Shown here: positions 11,673 to 25,300 of the stretch, piece by piece
How positions within the stretch are numbered: position 1 is the first letter of the stretch
Layout: each line of letters starts with the position of its first letter
DNA from: Candidatus Iainarchaeum sp.
Lineage (GTDB): Archaea; Iainarchaeota; Iainarchaeia; Iainarchaeales; CSSED10-239
Length of the DNA stretch: 32,000 nt
Direction: 5' to 3'
NCBI GenBank assembly: GCA_937968065.1
Contig: CALBUD010000051.1
Span: 1 to 32,000 of the forward strand
Program-made: the position numbers and the translations under genes
The notes under the pieces: generated by a model
What the model was told of the DNA's origin: nothing
The model's database searches: none
Seen by the model: only the letters and a program-made list of their open reading frames with translations

Positions 11673-14600
11673 TTATTGACAGTTTATAAATAAATTATCA
11701 AGTGAATCAGAATCAGAATGATCTATTCCTAAAGTTTTAAAAATATAACTAGTTAAATCATATTGAACAGTATGATGATCTGAATTTTTAGAAGTTAAAT
11801 TATAATAATGGTCTAATAGTAATGAAGATTCTTTCGGAAATTCATTTAATATTTCATATAATGATTTACCATTAAATACTTTATTTCTTCATTTACTGAT
11901 TAATTGATTAAATATTAATTTATCTTCTTCACTTAATTCATCGAAATTTTGATGAATAGTTTTAAGATTATTTAATAATGCTTCTACTGGTTTGCTCGAA
12001 TTTTTATTAACAATTTCAGTTATTTCATCAAAAACTATTTCAGGAGTTAATTCTGTTTTTTCAGTATTTAAACTTCTTAATTTTTGTTCTAAGTCAGAAA
12101 TATAAATATTCATTCCTTCTTCAAAAGATGTACTTTCAGAAACACCTGGTAATGTTGATAGATTAGATATATCAGTTAATCCTTGCAAAGTATATTCTGT
12201 ATTCTTTTTATGTTCTAATATATCTTTAATTAAAGTTGCAACTTTAATTTTTAAGTTTAATCTTTCTTTTGTATCACCTGGTTCATCTTTAACTATAGCT
12301 TCACCACTATATTTTATTGATTTTAATTTAGTAATAAGTTTAGTTATTTCTGGGTCTATTTTGTCTTTTTTGTCTTTTTTCTTAGCAATGATTACATTAT
12401 CGGATAAATCTAAATTCAAATAAGGACCTTCAGGAGTTAATGTAATAAAAGTATTTGATAAATTACTATCAACATCTTTAATTTTAAAACCTTCTCCATC
12501 TTTAGTTATGGGAATATTATAATAAAATTTATCATTAAATTCATTAGATCAGAATTTAAGCATTTGATCAATAATTTTTATTTGACTTTTATAAACTTGA
12601 ATAGTTTCGTCAAAATAATTACCAACTTCAGCTTCATAAAGACCAAGTGTATGATTCATTTGATCATAAAATGAAAATATATTCCAGAATTTAGTTGACC
12701 AATATTTCTTATCGGTATAACCTTGAATTTTTCTTACTAATTTAGTTTTTAAATTTTTTTCAGTAAGAGTTGTTTTTGATTTTTCTGCAATAGTTAATTC
12801 ATTTTCAATTAATAAATATACTTCTCTTAATCTAGAATGTTGTCCTTTTTCTTTATGAGTCATATTCTCAATTAAATCCTTAGAAACAATTTCATTTATT
12901 AATGATAATAATTCATTATTTTTTATATTCTTTCCAGCTAAATCCTTATTAGATTCTTGTATAAGTTGTTTGCCAGTTTTGAAAAATTCTCTAAATAACT
13001 GAGGTTGTTTTACAGCCATTCTAACTAACATATCTAATACTTGATTAGCATTAAATAATGTTTCTGTAACTGGAAATACTTCATCTTGTCGTTTAGATAA
13101 AATTAATTGTCTTGCTGAAATAGGAGTTTTTAATCCTAAAGGATTTCTTATAGTTTCTTGTATTTGTTTTATTGTTTTAGTATTAGACTTCAACAATACA
13201 TATTGAACGTGAGATTTATCCTTTATAAATGTAACTGCTACATAAGGTTTACCTTTATATCCAGAATTAGTTCCTTTTCCATAAAACAATTCTTTTAATT
13301 TTTCTTCAGATATTGGTTCACCAAAGGTTATTTCAGCATATTTTTGTTTAAATTTTTCAAAAGTATTAGGAAATATTTTAATTGCTGGCTTTTTAACATA
13401 TTCCGTTCCATCAAGAAATAATAAACCTTTAAATTTAGATAATTCTTCTAAAGAATATTTTACAGGATTATCATCACTTTTAACAAGTCTAGTAGAAGTT
13501 TTTACATTGATTTTAGTTGGATCAATTTCAACTTCATCGTCAATAGAATTAATAAAATTTTCAAATTTATCTCTAGATTCTTTGTCTTTTTCAAATCAAG
13601 TATTTACTGTATTAAGTAATGGAAATGTTGCTAATTGTACATAATATTCTTTTGAACCATTACTAACTTTTAACATTAAGTTATAATAATCATCTCCATC
13701 TTCTAATGGTGAAGTTTTATCTAACTTTTTATCAAAAGCTGTATTATATGCTTTATAATATGTAGATTTTTTTACTACTAATGTACTTTGTAATTTACTA
13801 GTATCTCCAAATATAGCTTTTAATACTGTATTTAATACTGGAGGTTGAAATTTATTTTTTCCAGTTGATTTAGAAGTTTTCCAAATATCATATTTTAATC
13901 TAACAAATTCTTCAACATAATTATCAAAATCGGCTTCATTAAATCCGTCTGTTGGTTGAATATCATATAAGAAAGATAATCCATAAGAAAAACTACTATT
14001 TGGATTCTTTTCAACAAATACTTTTCCACCTTTCCTGGTAATATTTATATCTAAATCATTATAAAAAGTATGAAGTCTATATTTAAAAGATTCTTTTTCA
14101 AATTCAGGATCAAATTTTTCTTGTGTTAAAGTTTCTCCTGTATATTCAGAATCTCCATCATCTTCATCAGTTAAATCTAATTCTGATTTAGAAAATTTAA
14201 AGAAATCATATTTAATATCAAAATTTGGATTTAATATTTCTTTTAGTTTATCAATTCTTTTCTTTTTATCTTCATCAATTACATTTTTCTGTAATGGAGT
14301 TACAAATACTGTAGAACTTTGTTGTTCATTTTTCAATCGAATTATGCTAGTATCAGGATTTGTAATTTCACCTTCATTTAATATTATAGTAGCTTGTTTA
14401 GACCTTGTACTATAAGTATATAATCTTCTTAAAGAATCTAATACGTGTCTACCTTTTATAAATGAATTAGGTAATATAAAATAATCTACTTCAGATCCTT
14501 GAATATTACCTTCAGTAAATAACTTAATATTAGCTTTAGTAATACCAAAAGCTTCAAACTGTTTTTCTAATTCTGGATCTAATTCATTAATATTATTAGA

Positions 14601-17600
14601 TAATACACCAATTTTAGTTTCAGGTTTATTTTTAATAATATTTCTTAATGTATTTAATACATCATTAGGAATTAAATTAGTACTAGAAAGTAAAGTTCCA
14701 GTTAATACTTCAGGAGATAAATGATATTTTAATAATATACCATTATCTATCATATCCATTATAGCTGGAGTATCTTCAGCAGATGAAAATATATTTATTG
14801 ATCGTTTAACTAATGCAGATAAATAATCATTATTTTCTCTTTGTTGAGAATTAGCTGCCCTAACACTTAGGGATAATTGTGGTGAAAATATTCCAGATAC
14901 TCTATCAATATTATAAGATACATTTTCAACTTTTTCATTAGTAATACCTAATTGAATATAATCACCAGCTCCTATAATTTTTAATTTATTTGTTCGTTTA
15001 GAATATTCATTAAGTAATTCTAATTCTAAAGCATCAAAGTGAGATATTTCATCTATAAATAAAACATCAGGCAAATTAGTTTTAGTTAAATCAAAATTAA
15101 TTTTATTTCAATCTTTAATAACTATTTTTTCAGCTTTATTTTCAGAATTAGGTATAGCTATTTCTACTATTTCTACTATTTCAGAATTATTAAAATCTTC
15201 TGCATAAATTTGTTCAAGAATTTTATCAATTCCTAATTCTTTAAATAATGCAGATTTAATAAATTTTTCTTTAGTAAATAAAGTATGATCAATACTACTT
15301 AATACAGAATCATATAAATCATTAGTTTTATCTAAACTTGGTGCTGAAAATCAGATATTTAAATTAGGATTATTATTTTGTAAAAGTAAAGTTATTATTT
15401 TAAATAATACTGCTGTTTTACCAGTTCCTGCATCACCTAAAATATAAGTTATTCTGTCTGTTAAATGTGCAAGTTCACTTTGTGTATCAATTATTATTTC
15501 TGAAAATAAATCTGGTTCAATAATTGAAGCATATATTACTTTAGTAGAAAATTCTTGAGTAAAAAATGGAGATTTATCAAATGAATCTTTTTCTAATATA
15601 GAAACTAATCTATTATTAAAATCATATGAATCAACAGATAAACTAGTAACTAAATACAATAAAAAATCATTATTACTAATAGATTTAATATTTTTATCAA
15701 TTCTATTACTTCCATCTTTATCATATAAATCATATAATATATTTTTAAATTTAAATATTCTTGCTAATTCTTTTACTACTTTAATTCTATCTTCTTTAGA
15801 ATAAGTATTATAATGTTCAAAGAAAAGATGTTCAATTTCTAATAATTTTTTCTCATCATCTAAATTAGAATCTATTAATTCTGATAAATCAGGAAATGAA
15901 GGAACATCTGGTTTTTCTTTTATAACAACCTTTCAAGCATATAATAATTGCTCATTTGTTTTTTTCCTTATTTCTTCTTCTTCTAAGAAAATTTGTCCTG
16001 AATTATTTCTAGATAAATATACTAGAAATTCTAATTTATTTTGAATTCTTTGTAATTCTAAAATTACTAAATTAGCTATATCAGAAGATATAGTTTTTAA
16101 TTTTGTAATATCAGATTTAGTATCATGTTTTTCAGCAAATCGTTTTCTTGCTTCAATAAATCCTATAGGATCTTCACTAGAAACAGTAGTCATACTAGTA
16201 CCTAATACAATAGACCTAAGCATCTTTAAAGCATCAATTGCTTGTAACATATCTTTTTCTTGAAATCCGGCTTTAATATAATTAGTTGGATCAGAAGCAT
16301 TAAAAAGAGTTAAGTTTTCATCCCTTAAAATATCAACTATTGTTTTTTGCCTTTTTTCTTTTTCATCGTCTAAAGATAATAAAAAATTATTTAAAAATTC
16401 ATAAATAGTATTAGGAATAAATTTTTCTTTATTATCTAATACTTCTTTTAATTCTTTTAACTTGTTAATTGTATTTTTATTTTGTTTTACTTTTTTATTT
16501 ATTTCTGAAAGTTCATTTTCTAAAGCATACATAGTAGCATCAAAATTTTCAGAAGTATTTAAAATATCCATGATATAACTTGGAAAAGTATCCCAAAACC
16601 CCATATCGTTTTTATAATCTTCTATAGAATCTTTAAAATCTTGATTAATAGTAGAAATATTAAAAATTAAATCTAATAAATTTTCATTTGAAATTGTAAT
16701 TTCTTTAAAAAAGTCTCCTTTAAAATTAGATATTATTTTTAAATAAATTTCTTCTAACTTATTAAATAACTCTTTATCTAAGTTACCTGAATCTTTAATT
16801 TCTTTTAATATTGCATCAAGAGTATAGTTGATTGGTTCAAATACATTAAAATCCTCAGCCTCTGTTGTTATTTCTGATTCTCTTTTTACATATTCAGAAT
16901 AATTATTTTTATATATATCAAAAGTAGAATGTATTTTATCTACAATAGCTTCAATTTGAGATAATTTTGAATCAGAATCAGACATTATTAATTCAATTAA
17001 TGAATTATCTCCGGGATTAGTTAAAGCAAAAAATTCAATATATTGTTTTAATGCTTCTTTAAGTTCATCATTTGTTAAATCAGATACATCTTTTTTAAGA
17101 GTCTTAGCAAACTTATCAAGAGTATTTTTATGTGTTTCTAATTTTCAAGTAAGCATGTCTGAAGAGAAACCATTAACAAGTTCAGGAGTTAATCCTAATC
17201 TTACCATTTCATTATTAAGGAAAAAAGCTATTTGTCTTTCTTTTTCATCTAACTTTTTATCTCCTTGAATATAATGTAATGCTACAATAAGTTTTTTACT
17301 TTCTAAATCCTTAATTTGTTGATCAATCTCATTAGAATTTTCTTCTGTTTTTTCTGCTAACAATTCTTCTTGTTTTCTTTCAAGACCATCATTATATGAT
17401 TTAATTGTATCATTAAACATAAGTGCTATTGAATTGAAATCTAAATTATCAGTAGGTAATTGAGAAAGAGTACTTTTTAAAACTCTTTGTATTATTTCTC
17501 TTCTTGTAGCTTTTTCTTCACCTTCAGTTAATTCTTGATCTAAATAAGTATCTGATAAAGGATTTCCTGTAAAGTCAACAATAAGTCCTTTTTCTTTAAA

Positions 17601-20483
17601 CTTATCATAAGCGTCTATTGATAAAGAATCTCAAGGATTTGATCTTATACCAGTATTGGTTTCAACCATCTTCTGAATTTTTAATCAATTAGCAACTGAT
17701 TCTTTTGCAGCATTTGCATCTTTTACATTAAACATTTTAAAGTTTGTTGCTATATCTAGAAGATTTAAAAATGTTTTTCTTCGTTGTTCAGAGTATCCAG
17801 ACTCAGAATAATCAAAAAGTGGTTTATTTAATTTCTTTTCTAAGTCCTTATAAACATTTCAAGCAACATCCAAATTTTGTCTAAAATTTACAATATCTTT
17901 AGAACTTTCTCATTCTTTTTTAACTAATTCTTTAGTAATTCCTAATCCAGATTCTGGAAGAGTATGATATTCTTTATTATAACGTGCTTCTGTAAAACTT
18001 GCTAAGTCAATTGCTAAAAATGCTTTACTTATATCTTTTTGTAAATATAAGTTTATTTTATCAAAATAATCTTGGGCTCTTTTACCTTCTTTTATATCAG
18101 TTACTTCACTTCTATGTCATTCTGCTTTTTCTTGAAGTTGTTTAATCGCTTCTTTATTACCTTCTTTGTCTTCTGATAATTTTTGAATTTCAGCATTTAA
18201 TTCAGTAAGAGCGGCAGCATGTTTTCTAAAGTCTTCAACAATTATTCCTTCTATCCCAAGTTTATCTTTTTCACTAATTGTGCCAGCTAAATCTCTAATT
18301 ATTAAATAATCAGCCATAGCCTTATCAATTAATTCTTCATCACTTAGAATTAACCCTTCTTTATTCATTAAACCATCTATATCTTTTATCATAGCTATAG
18401 TAATATCTGCTACAACATCTGCATGAGAATAACCTTCTTTATCTGTTGCTGTAGTTTTACCTTCAACTACAAAAGGTGCAATATATTTATTACCTAAATT
18501 TTTTCTTAATTTATTTACTTCATTTATTAATAAATCTGTTTGTCCATTTCCAATCATTTCATATACTGATTGTCTTGCATCAAACGATATTTCTTGATTT
18601 TTTAACCAAGGTTTAGATCTATTAAGTTCAAATAAAGCACCACCTAATACACCACCCATTAATGAAGCTGCATATCTTTCTAAACCAGATAAAGAAAATA
18701 CATTCTGAAATCCTCCAAAAGTTCCTCTCTTTTTAGTAAGTCCTAAATGAGACATTACATCTACAACACCTTTAGTGGCATCAATTACTAGTTCTTCTGA
18801 TACTTCTTCAATACCTTCAATTATAGCATTTTTTCAAAGAGCTTCTCCAATAACAGATGTATTAGTCATCATATCAGAAATATTACTCTTCCATCCTTTA
18901 ACTGCTTGAGCAAGTTTAGCTTTACCTTGTGCTGTTCCAGATGCTTTAATTCCTGCTTCAATTGGTTCCATATATCCTTTTAAACCTTTTCTCATTAAAG
19001 CTTTATTAGTTTCAACAGTATATCCTGTAGTTTCATCTAAAAATCAATCTCCCATTCTATTGTTCATCATAAGAGCATAAGTTCCTGTAGCTGCAAGTAA
19101 ACCTGCAAAACCAGCAGTTCTTCTATCATATCCTCCTTCTAATGCTTCTCCATATATACTTGCTGTTGAAGTTAAAGCCATGTATCCTAAAGAAAAGGAT
19201 TTAGCCATAGCAGATTGTTTTCTTTGAATTTCTTGTAAACCTGGAACTTTTGAAGCTAATTGAGAATGTATAAGTTTTATTTCATCTTCATCTATTTGAC
19301 CAGTACCTCATTTTTTAAAAGTTGTTTCATTTACTTTACTTATTAATCTTTGCTGATCAGCAGATAATTTAACTTTAGAAGGATGGTAAAATAACTTAGA
19401 TAATGAAGCCATTGCTCTTTGTTCATATATTTGACTAAAAATATCTGCAACCATTGTAGATATTTGTTCATAGTTAAATAAAGAACCTTGTGCTTCATCA
19501 CTAGTAGAAGTTGCTGCAAACTTAGCCATATAATTTTCTGCAGCTGTTGCTACATGATTTAATTTACTAGTTTCTTCTCCTAATATAATACCTTCTAAAG
19601 ATTTATATAAAGTAGGAAGTGCAGAAGAAAGCCCAATTGCAGCTTTTACTGCTCCATAAGGTAATGCTACACCTGGAATAAATAATGGTGCTATTTCTGC
19701 AGCAATTTTTAAAGTAGTTTTAATAGCATTAGCTTCTTTATTATCTGCATCAAATATATCAAAACTATTTGCTAAAGTACCATCAGTAGTTAAAGCATCC
19801 ATAGGATTAACTACTTGTTTACCATAAACTTCTCTTTTACCTAAAGTTTCTACAAATAATTCTCCATCATTATTTACTTTCCAATCTCCTTTAGAATGTT
19901 TAACCATTCTATTACTAACAGGATCTAAATGTGTTCCATCTTCATCTCACTGTGCATAAACTAAAGTTTGACCAAATAATTTACCAAGAACACTTCTGTC
20001 ATTTACAGATTCTTCTAAAAATTCTCCTTTTTCAGTATCAAATATTTTTCCTCTTTGAGCAAGTTCTCTTAAAGAAAAATTACTTTCGTCCACACTAAAC
20101 ACATCTGTTTTTCCATATGTTTGTTTAAATGGATTAAAATCTTTACCATATTCTACACTAACATTAAAAGTTTTAGCTTCTTTTGGACGTGTAATATCAA
20201 AAGGACTATATCAAACTTGATCGAGAGAATTAAGATAGTCAACTTCAGTTAATCTATTATAGTGTCCTTCAGCAACATCATAAAATTTGTCAAAAGATAA
20301 ATTATCAAAATTTCCATCTTCTGTTGTAAACATTTTTTTAATAAAAGGAAATTCTTTATATTCATCTTTAGTATATAAAGATGTATTTTCAGGATTTATC
20401 TCTGACGACATTAAGTCATATGTTGTTGCCATAGGATTATTAATTGTAGCAACAAATATATCATTGGGTTTCTTTAATTCCAT
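11673..20483 (-). CDS. Giant protein (2936 aa): N-terminal Gly/Ala-rich hydrophobic (ejection/membrane-type) region plus an internal Pif1/RecD-like SF1B helicase core
   Basis: I hand-checked frame 0 from ATG 20481-20483 (upstream TAA 20496-20498) to TAA 11673-11675 and found no TAA/TAG. It contains 17 in-frame TGA codons: 11889, 12549, 13596, 15108, 15351, 15933, 17145, 17631, 17685, 17859, 17910, 18117, 18834, 19044, 19308, 19947 and 20211. This joins nine ORF-track pieces. Confidence 0.8.
14379..15437 (-). other. SF1B (Pif1/RecD-like) helicase/ATPase core inside the 2936-aa protein
   Basis: - Motif I: ILGDAGTGKT (15414..15437).
- Motif II: VLFIDEISHF (about 15045..15065).
- Motif III: IIGAGDYIQLG (14946..14972).
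- Motif V-like: FTEGNIQGSEVDYFIL (about 14480..14525).
- Motif VI-like: LYTYSTRSKQATIIL (14379..14420).
Order and spacing are as in SF1 helicases. One TGA (15351) and a second (15108) fall between motifs I and II. Confidence 0.7.
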
Positions 20484-20484
20484 G

Positions 20485-22332
20485 TTATTCCATAATTAAT
20501 TGTTGAGCATTGCCAGACTGTACAGGAACCTGACTAGAATGTCAAATATTTCTTTGAACATCTGCAATAGTAGATTTTTTATCAATTGGACCTTGATTAA
20601 CTAAAGCATCTACAACTGCTGTAGCTGTATCCCTATAAGGAATTGTTATAATAGCTTTATAATAATCTTCTATATTAAATCTAGCATTTGGTGTAACGTC
20701 TTTAGCATTTTTACCTATTCCTACTGTTCATACTTGTTCTAAAATAGGAAGTATTGATCGTTTTTCATCAGAAGATAATTTTTTAACTCAAGGATTATTT
20801 TTAGTTAAACCCGTAGCATCATTTGTATATCCATACATTACTAAAAAAGGTTTGATATAAGCATTGTTTCTTATTACTTTTTCTCCACCTACTTGATCTA
20901 TTTTTAGATTAAAATCAGCATTTCTAAAATGTTTTTCTGCTTCAAGTGTAGTCCAAGTATCTTTCTTTTTTTCATATTCAGCATATACTTCTTTAAATTC
21001 TTGAAAAGCTTCATAATCGGGTTTACCATCTTCACCTACTGGCATATATATTTTTGCAGCTGAACTAGTCGGGTCATAAACAACATTGTTTAAATTATTT
21101 AATTCAACTTTCTTATCTCCAAAGTGAACTTTAGAGCCATCAGCAATCATATTATAATCATATTGAGATAATATTTGACCAACTGTACTAAATCCAATTG
21201 ATTCATCTTTCTTGGTCATAAGTGGTCCAACTGCTCCAATAGCACCTCTAAATAATACATTTAATTTAGGATCATTAAATGCAAATGTAGATAAAGGATC
21301 AGCTAATTTATCTTTGTGAAACATTTGAAATGCTGTTAAAGATTCTAATCCTTTTTCTGTTTGAGAACCTTTTATTGATGTCTCTGTTTCGGGACTTATG
21401 ATAGATGTAGTTTGTGGTTCTGTATATGAAATTAACATATCATAAATAAATGCTTTTGGGTTACTTTGTCCGTTCATTGCTGCAGAAGCTTCGAGTTTTA
21501 ATTGACTATTTCTACCTAACGAAGTTCATATATAACTTAATGCTTTATCTATATTCTGTCTTTTTCCTTTAAATTCTGATACAATTTTTGTATAATCTCC
21601 TGGAGTATTTAATGCTTCTTGTAGTGTTTTGATTGCATTCATATCTTCATTTGTTGGTTCTTTACCTCCAAATGATTTTAAATATTGTGCTAATTGGTCT
21701 TTAGAATAATATCTTTCGGTTTTCTCTGAAAAATCACTCATAATACCCATCATTTGTCTGATGTGATCAGAAATTTTTTCTAAACCTATTGCTTGATCCG
21801 CAACAGAAAATACAGATTTATTAAAACTTAATTGCGGATCATATTGTCTAGCCATCATTAATTCAGATACAGTCAAAGGATTATACTTACTTTGATCTTT
21901 CTTATATGTGTCTAAACTAATAGTTTTAATATTATTATCTTTATCTCTGACATAAAGTTCTCTACTTGGACCAATAGCTACTTCACTTAATCCTCCAGAT
22001 TCTTTAGCAACTTTTAAAGAGTTTTCTCATATTTCTTTATTATTTCGTAATTCATTGATTTTACCGATTAATTGATATGTTTTAGATCTTGATCCTTGAT
22101 CCATAAAATTAAAAGGGTCTGATTCTAATGCACCTAATTGTTCAACAAGTGCATTAACCTCATTTATCAATCCTCCTTTAGTTACTAATTCTTTATACAT
22201 AGTATCATCTAATAATCCCGCTTTCTTTTCTTCTGCTTGAGAAGATCCTGTTGGAGCAGCAGGAGCTGATTGAACAATGGGGGTGAACGTAGCAAATCCA
22301 CCCCCTTGTAATTTCCTAATATTATATTTCAT
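20485..22332 (-). CDS. Hypothetical virion protein (615 aa)
   Basis: ATG 22330-22332 overlaps the upstream TAA (TAATG), and it is the first start after the in-frame TAA at 22378. Frame 1 is open down to TAA 20485-20487, 1 nt before the next ATG. There are 5 in-frame TGA codons (20542, 20728, 20788, 21526, 22027), which join ORF-track pieces 20788.., 21526.. and 22027... The N-terminus is MKYNIRKLQGGGF. Confidence 0.75.
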
Positions 22333-25300
22333 TATTTGAATATCTTTAATAAAGATTTCTGCATTAATTCATTGTTTTTAAGAATAGTTTTATATATTCT
22401 TTCAACATCTTTTTGAGTTCTTGATAATTCACTTTTATATCTAGCTAACTCTTTTTTCTCAGATAAACTTCCACCTTTTGCTCTATAAGAAACTGAACCT
22501 GGCATTTGCATTGCTAATCCTAAATTTCTAAGATTATATTGGTAATTTTCCATATATTCTCTTATTCTATTAAGTCTGGCATCAAATTCTTTTGCAGCTT
22601 GAGATTCTTCAAAAGTAGTTACTGTTTCATCAGAATCATCTTGAGATCATGCTTGTTTAGCTTTTTCTCTAGCTTCTTGAATTTGTTGCGCCTCTTTCAT
22701 TTGTGCTCTATATTCAGGATCAGTCATAGCTGCATAATAATCAGAATATTTTTTATTCCTCTCTTTAATTTGCTTATTTTGAGCATAACCTTGGATAAGA
22801 TTTTGGAAAGCTGCATTATTTGCAAGCATTTTATTAGCATCAACTAAATGAAGTGCTCTTTCACCTTCAGCAGCAGAAGCCATATTTTTAGCCATTGTTT
22901 CTAAATTAACTAACTGAGTTTGTCTATTAGATTGATCTTGTCTTTCTAAAGTTTGTTGTATTTGTTGCTGATCAGCAATAACTCCTTTTTCTCTTAATCC
23001 TGCTCCTTGTCCTTCTGCTGTAAGTCTTGCTGCAAAACCTTTGTCTATATCAGCAATACTTCCTGCCATTCTTTTACCAACTGAAGATAATCTTGCAGCT
23101 TGTGTATCATAAAATGGAGCTAAAGTACTTGATGCTCTAAAATATTGTGGAGCAATTGTAGGTAATTTAAGTATTCCAGCTAATGCTGCTCTTTTTTGAG
23201 ATTCAGCTATTGCTTTATTTGCTTGAATAGTTTCACCATATCCAACTACATTTAATAAATCTGTTTCATTTATATTAGGTAATTTAGACTTAATATCTCC
23301 CAAATTTATTCTTCTATTTTTAATAATGTCGGATCCAGATTGAGGTTCAAACATTTTTCTTTCTGCAACATTCATGTCATCTTTAGTTACTTGATATACA
23401 TCTACTTTTCTTCTTGGAATAATTCCACTATTTTGCATTTTTAATACTCCACCTTCTTTATAACCTCTAAATCAACTTTGATTTAAATAACTGCCAACAT
23501 CGCCACGAAGAATTGCTCTTAATCTTTCATATTCATATTTAGGTAATTTAGATTCTTCTAAAGTCATTATTTTAGACTTACCTGCAGGATTAATTTTAAA
23601 TTGATCATCTATATTAAGATTCTTAATTTTATCAACCTGAGATTTATCAACCAAAGCTTTTTCTAATTCTGATTTAAACTTATTAAATTCAGTTTCATTG
23701 TGAGTTTTAATTGCTTCTTTATCTTTACCAAGTTTTCTTATAGATGATTTTTTAAAATTAGGAGCGTTTATTTCTTTAGTTAATGCAAATTTTTCTTTAC
23801 CTATTTCTAATTGAACTTTATCATTAGTTCCAGCTTTTCTTAAAGTATCAGCTTTTTTAATTGCGCCTTTATTTTTTAAGAAACCTTTTACAGCACCGGC
23901 TCCATAAAATACATTTTTTAAATCTTGCATTTGAACACCTTCTGTACCTGCTTCTGCTGCACCTTTAACTACATTAGCACCAGAATATAATACATTAGCA
24001 CCACCTAATACACCTAAACCTTGAGCAGCACCTTTACTAATTTTCTCCCATCCTGGTAATACACCTATAAGTTTTCTTAATCCTGTAGTTTCATCTAATA
24101 AAATTCTCTTAGCTAAACTAGGATCTTTTGGTACTACTGGTGGTGGTTGCGGTTTAAGAACAAACGGTTTAAATTCTTTAACTTCTTTTGTAATTTTTGA
24201 AGGAGTAAAACCTCTAGTTATATTTTGATCAAAAATAGTTTTTGCAGAATCACTTGTTCCTTTCTTAATTATAGTAGTTGATGTAGTTTTTGGATTAACT
24301 ATACCAGCAGCTTTTAATAAATCTAATTCTTTATCAGTAATATTAGCTGCTTTATAAGTTGATACTGTTCCTTGTTTTGACATTAATTTAGATACACCAC
24401 TAGCAAAATTTTTAGCATCTTCTGTTTTATCAACAACTTTTACTAAACTCTGTAATTTACCAGCTTTACTTGCGGCTTGAGTACCTATTTTTAATGCTCT
24501 TAATCCACCAAGTCCTATTGCACTTAAACCTATAAAACCTAAGTTCATTAAGTGAGTTCCTAAAGTAACATCATCGTCTCCTCTAATATCTCTAGCAATA
24601 TCAGCAACTGTAGTTACTGCTGCACCAGCCATACCAACACCGGGCAATAAAGAAGCAGCTGCACCACCAACTGATAATCAATCTAAGAAATCAGCATCAG
24701 CCATACTACCTCTAATGTCTCTAGTTTTAGATTCTTTAGGTTCTTCTTTTGGTTTATTAGCATACTTATTTAAGTATTCTTGTGCAGTTAATGATGTTCC
24801 AGATTGTGCTTTCAATATACCACCTTTTTTTCTAAGAATTTGCATATTTGGAGATCTAAGTGATTCTCCAACTTTACCAATAACAGATTGATCTTTAGGT
24901 GCTGGTACTTCAGATACTTGTAAATAATTATTTATAATTTTTCTTATAATATTTTTAGTTTCATGTCCAGCAAATCTATCTTGACTTTGTAATTTATCAA
25001 GTAATTCAATATATTTATTACTAGCTTGACTTCTAACTAAATAACTTGGGTCATTTTGTGAAATATATTTTAATTCAGAAATAGTTTTACCAATACTTTC
25101 AGTTTCAGAAGTTATATTACTTCTAAGAATTGCATCTGCTGTATTTAATGTAGCTGTTGTATTTTCAGGTTGAGTTCCTTGTATTGGTTTAAATGGATCA
25201 TTTTCAGAAAGAGTTAAATAATCTAAATATGCCGGTCTTAAACCTTCACCTTCTGCAAATCTTTGAATATCTACATTAACAGGTTCACCATTATCTTTTC

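Noticed and set aside
15158-15182. Tandem 9-nt repeat ctatttcta x2.8
   Set aside because: It is in-frame coding for EIVEIVEIA within the 2936-aa protein, between helicase motifs I and II. It is too short and isolated to be a regulatory or CRISPR-like repeat.
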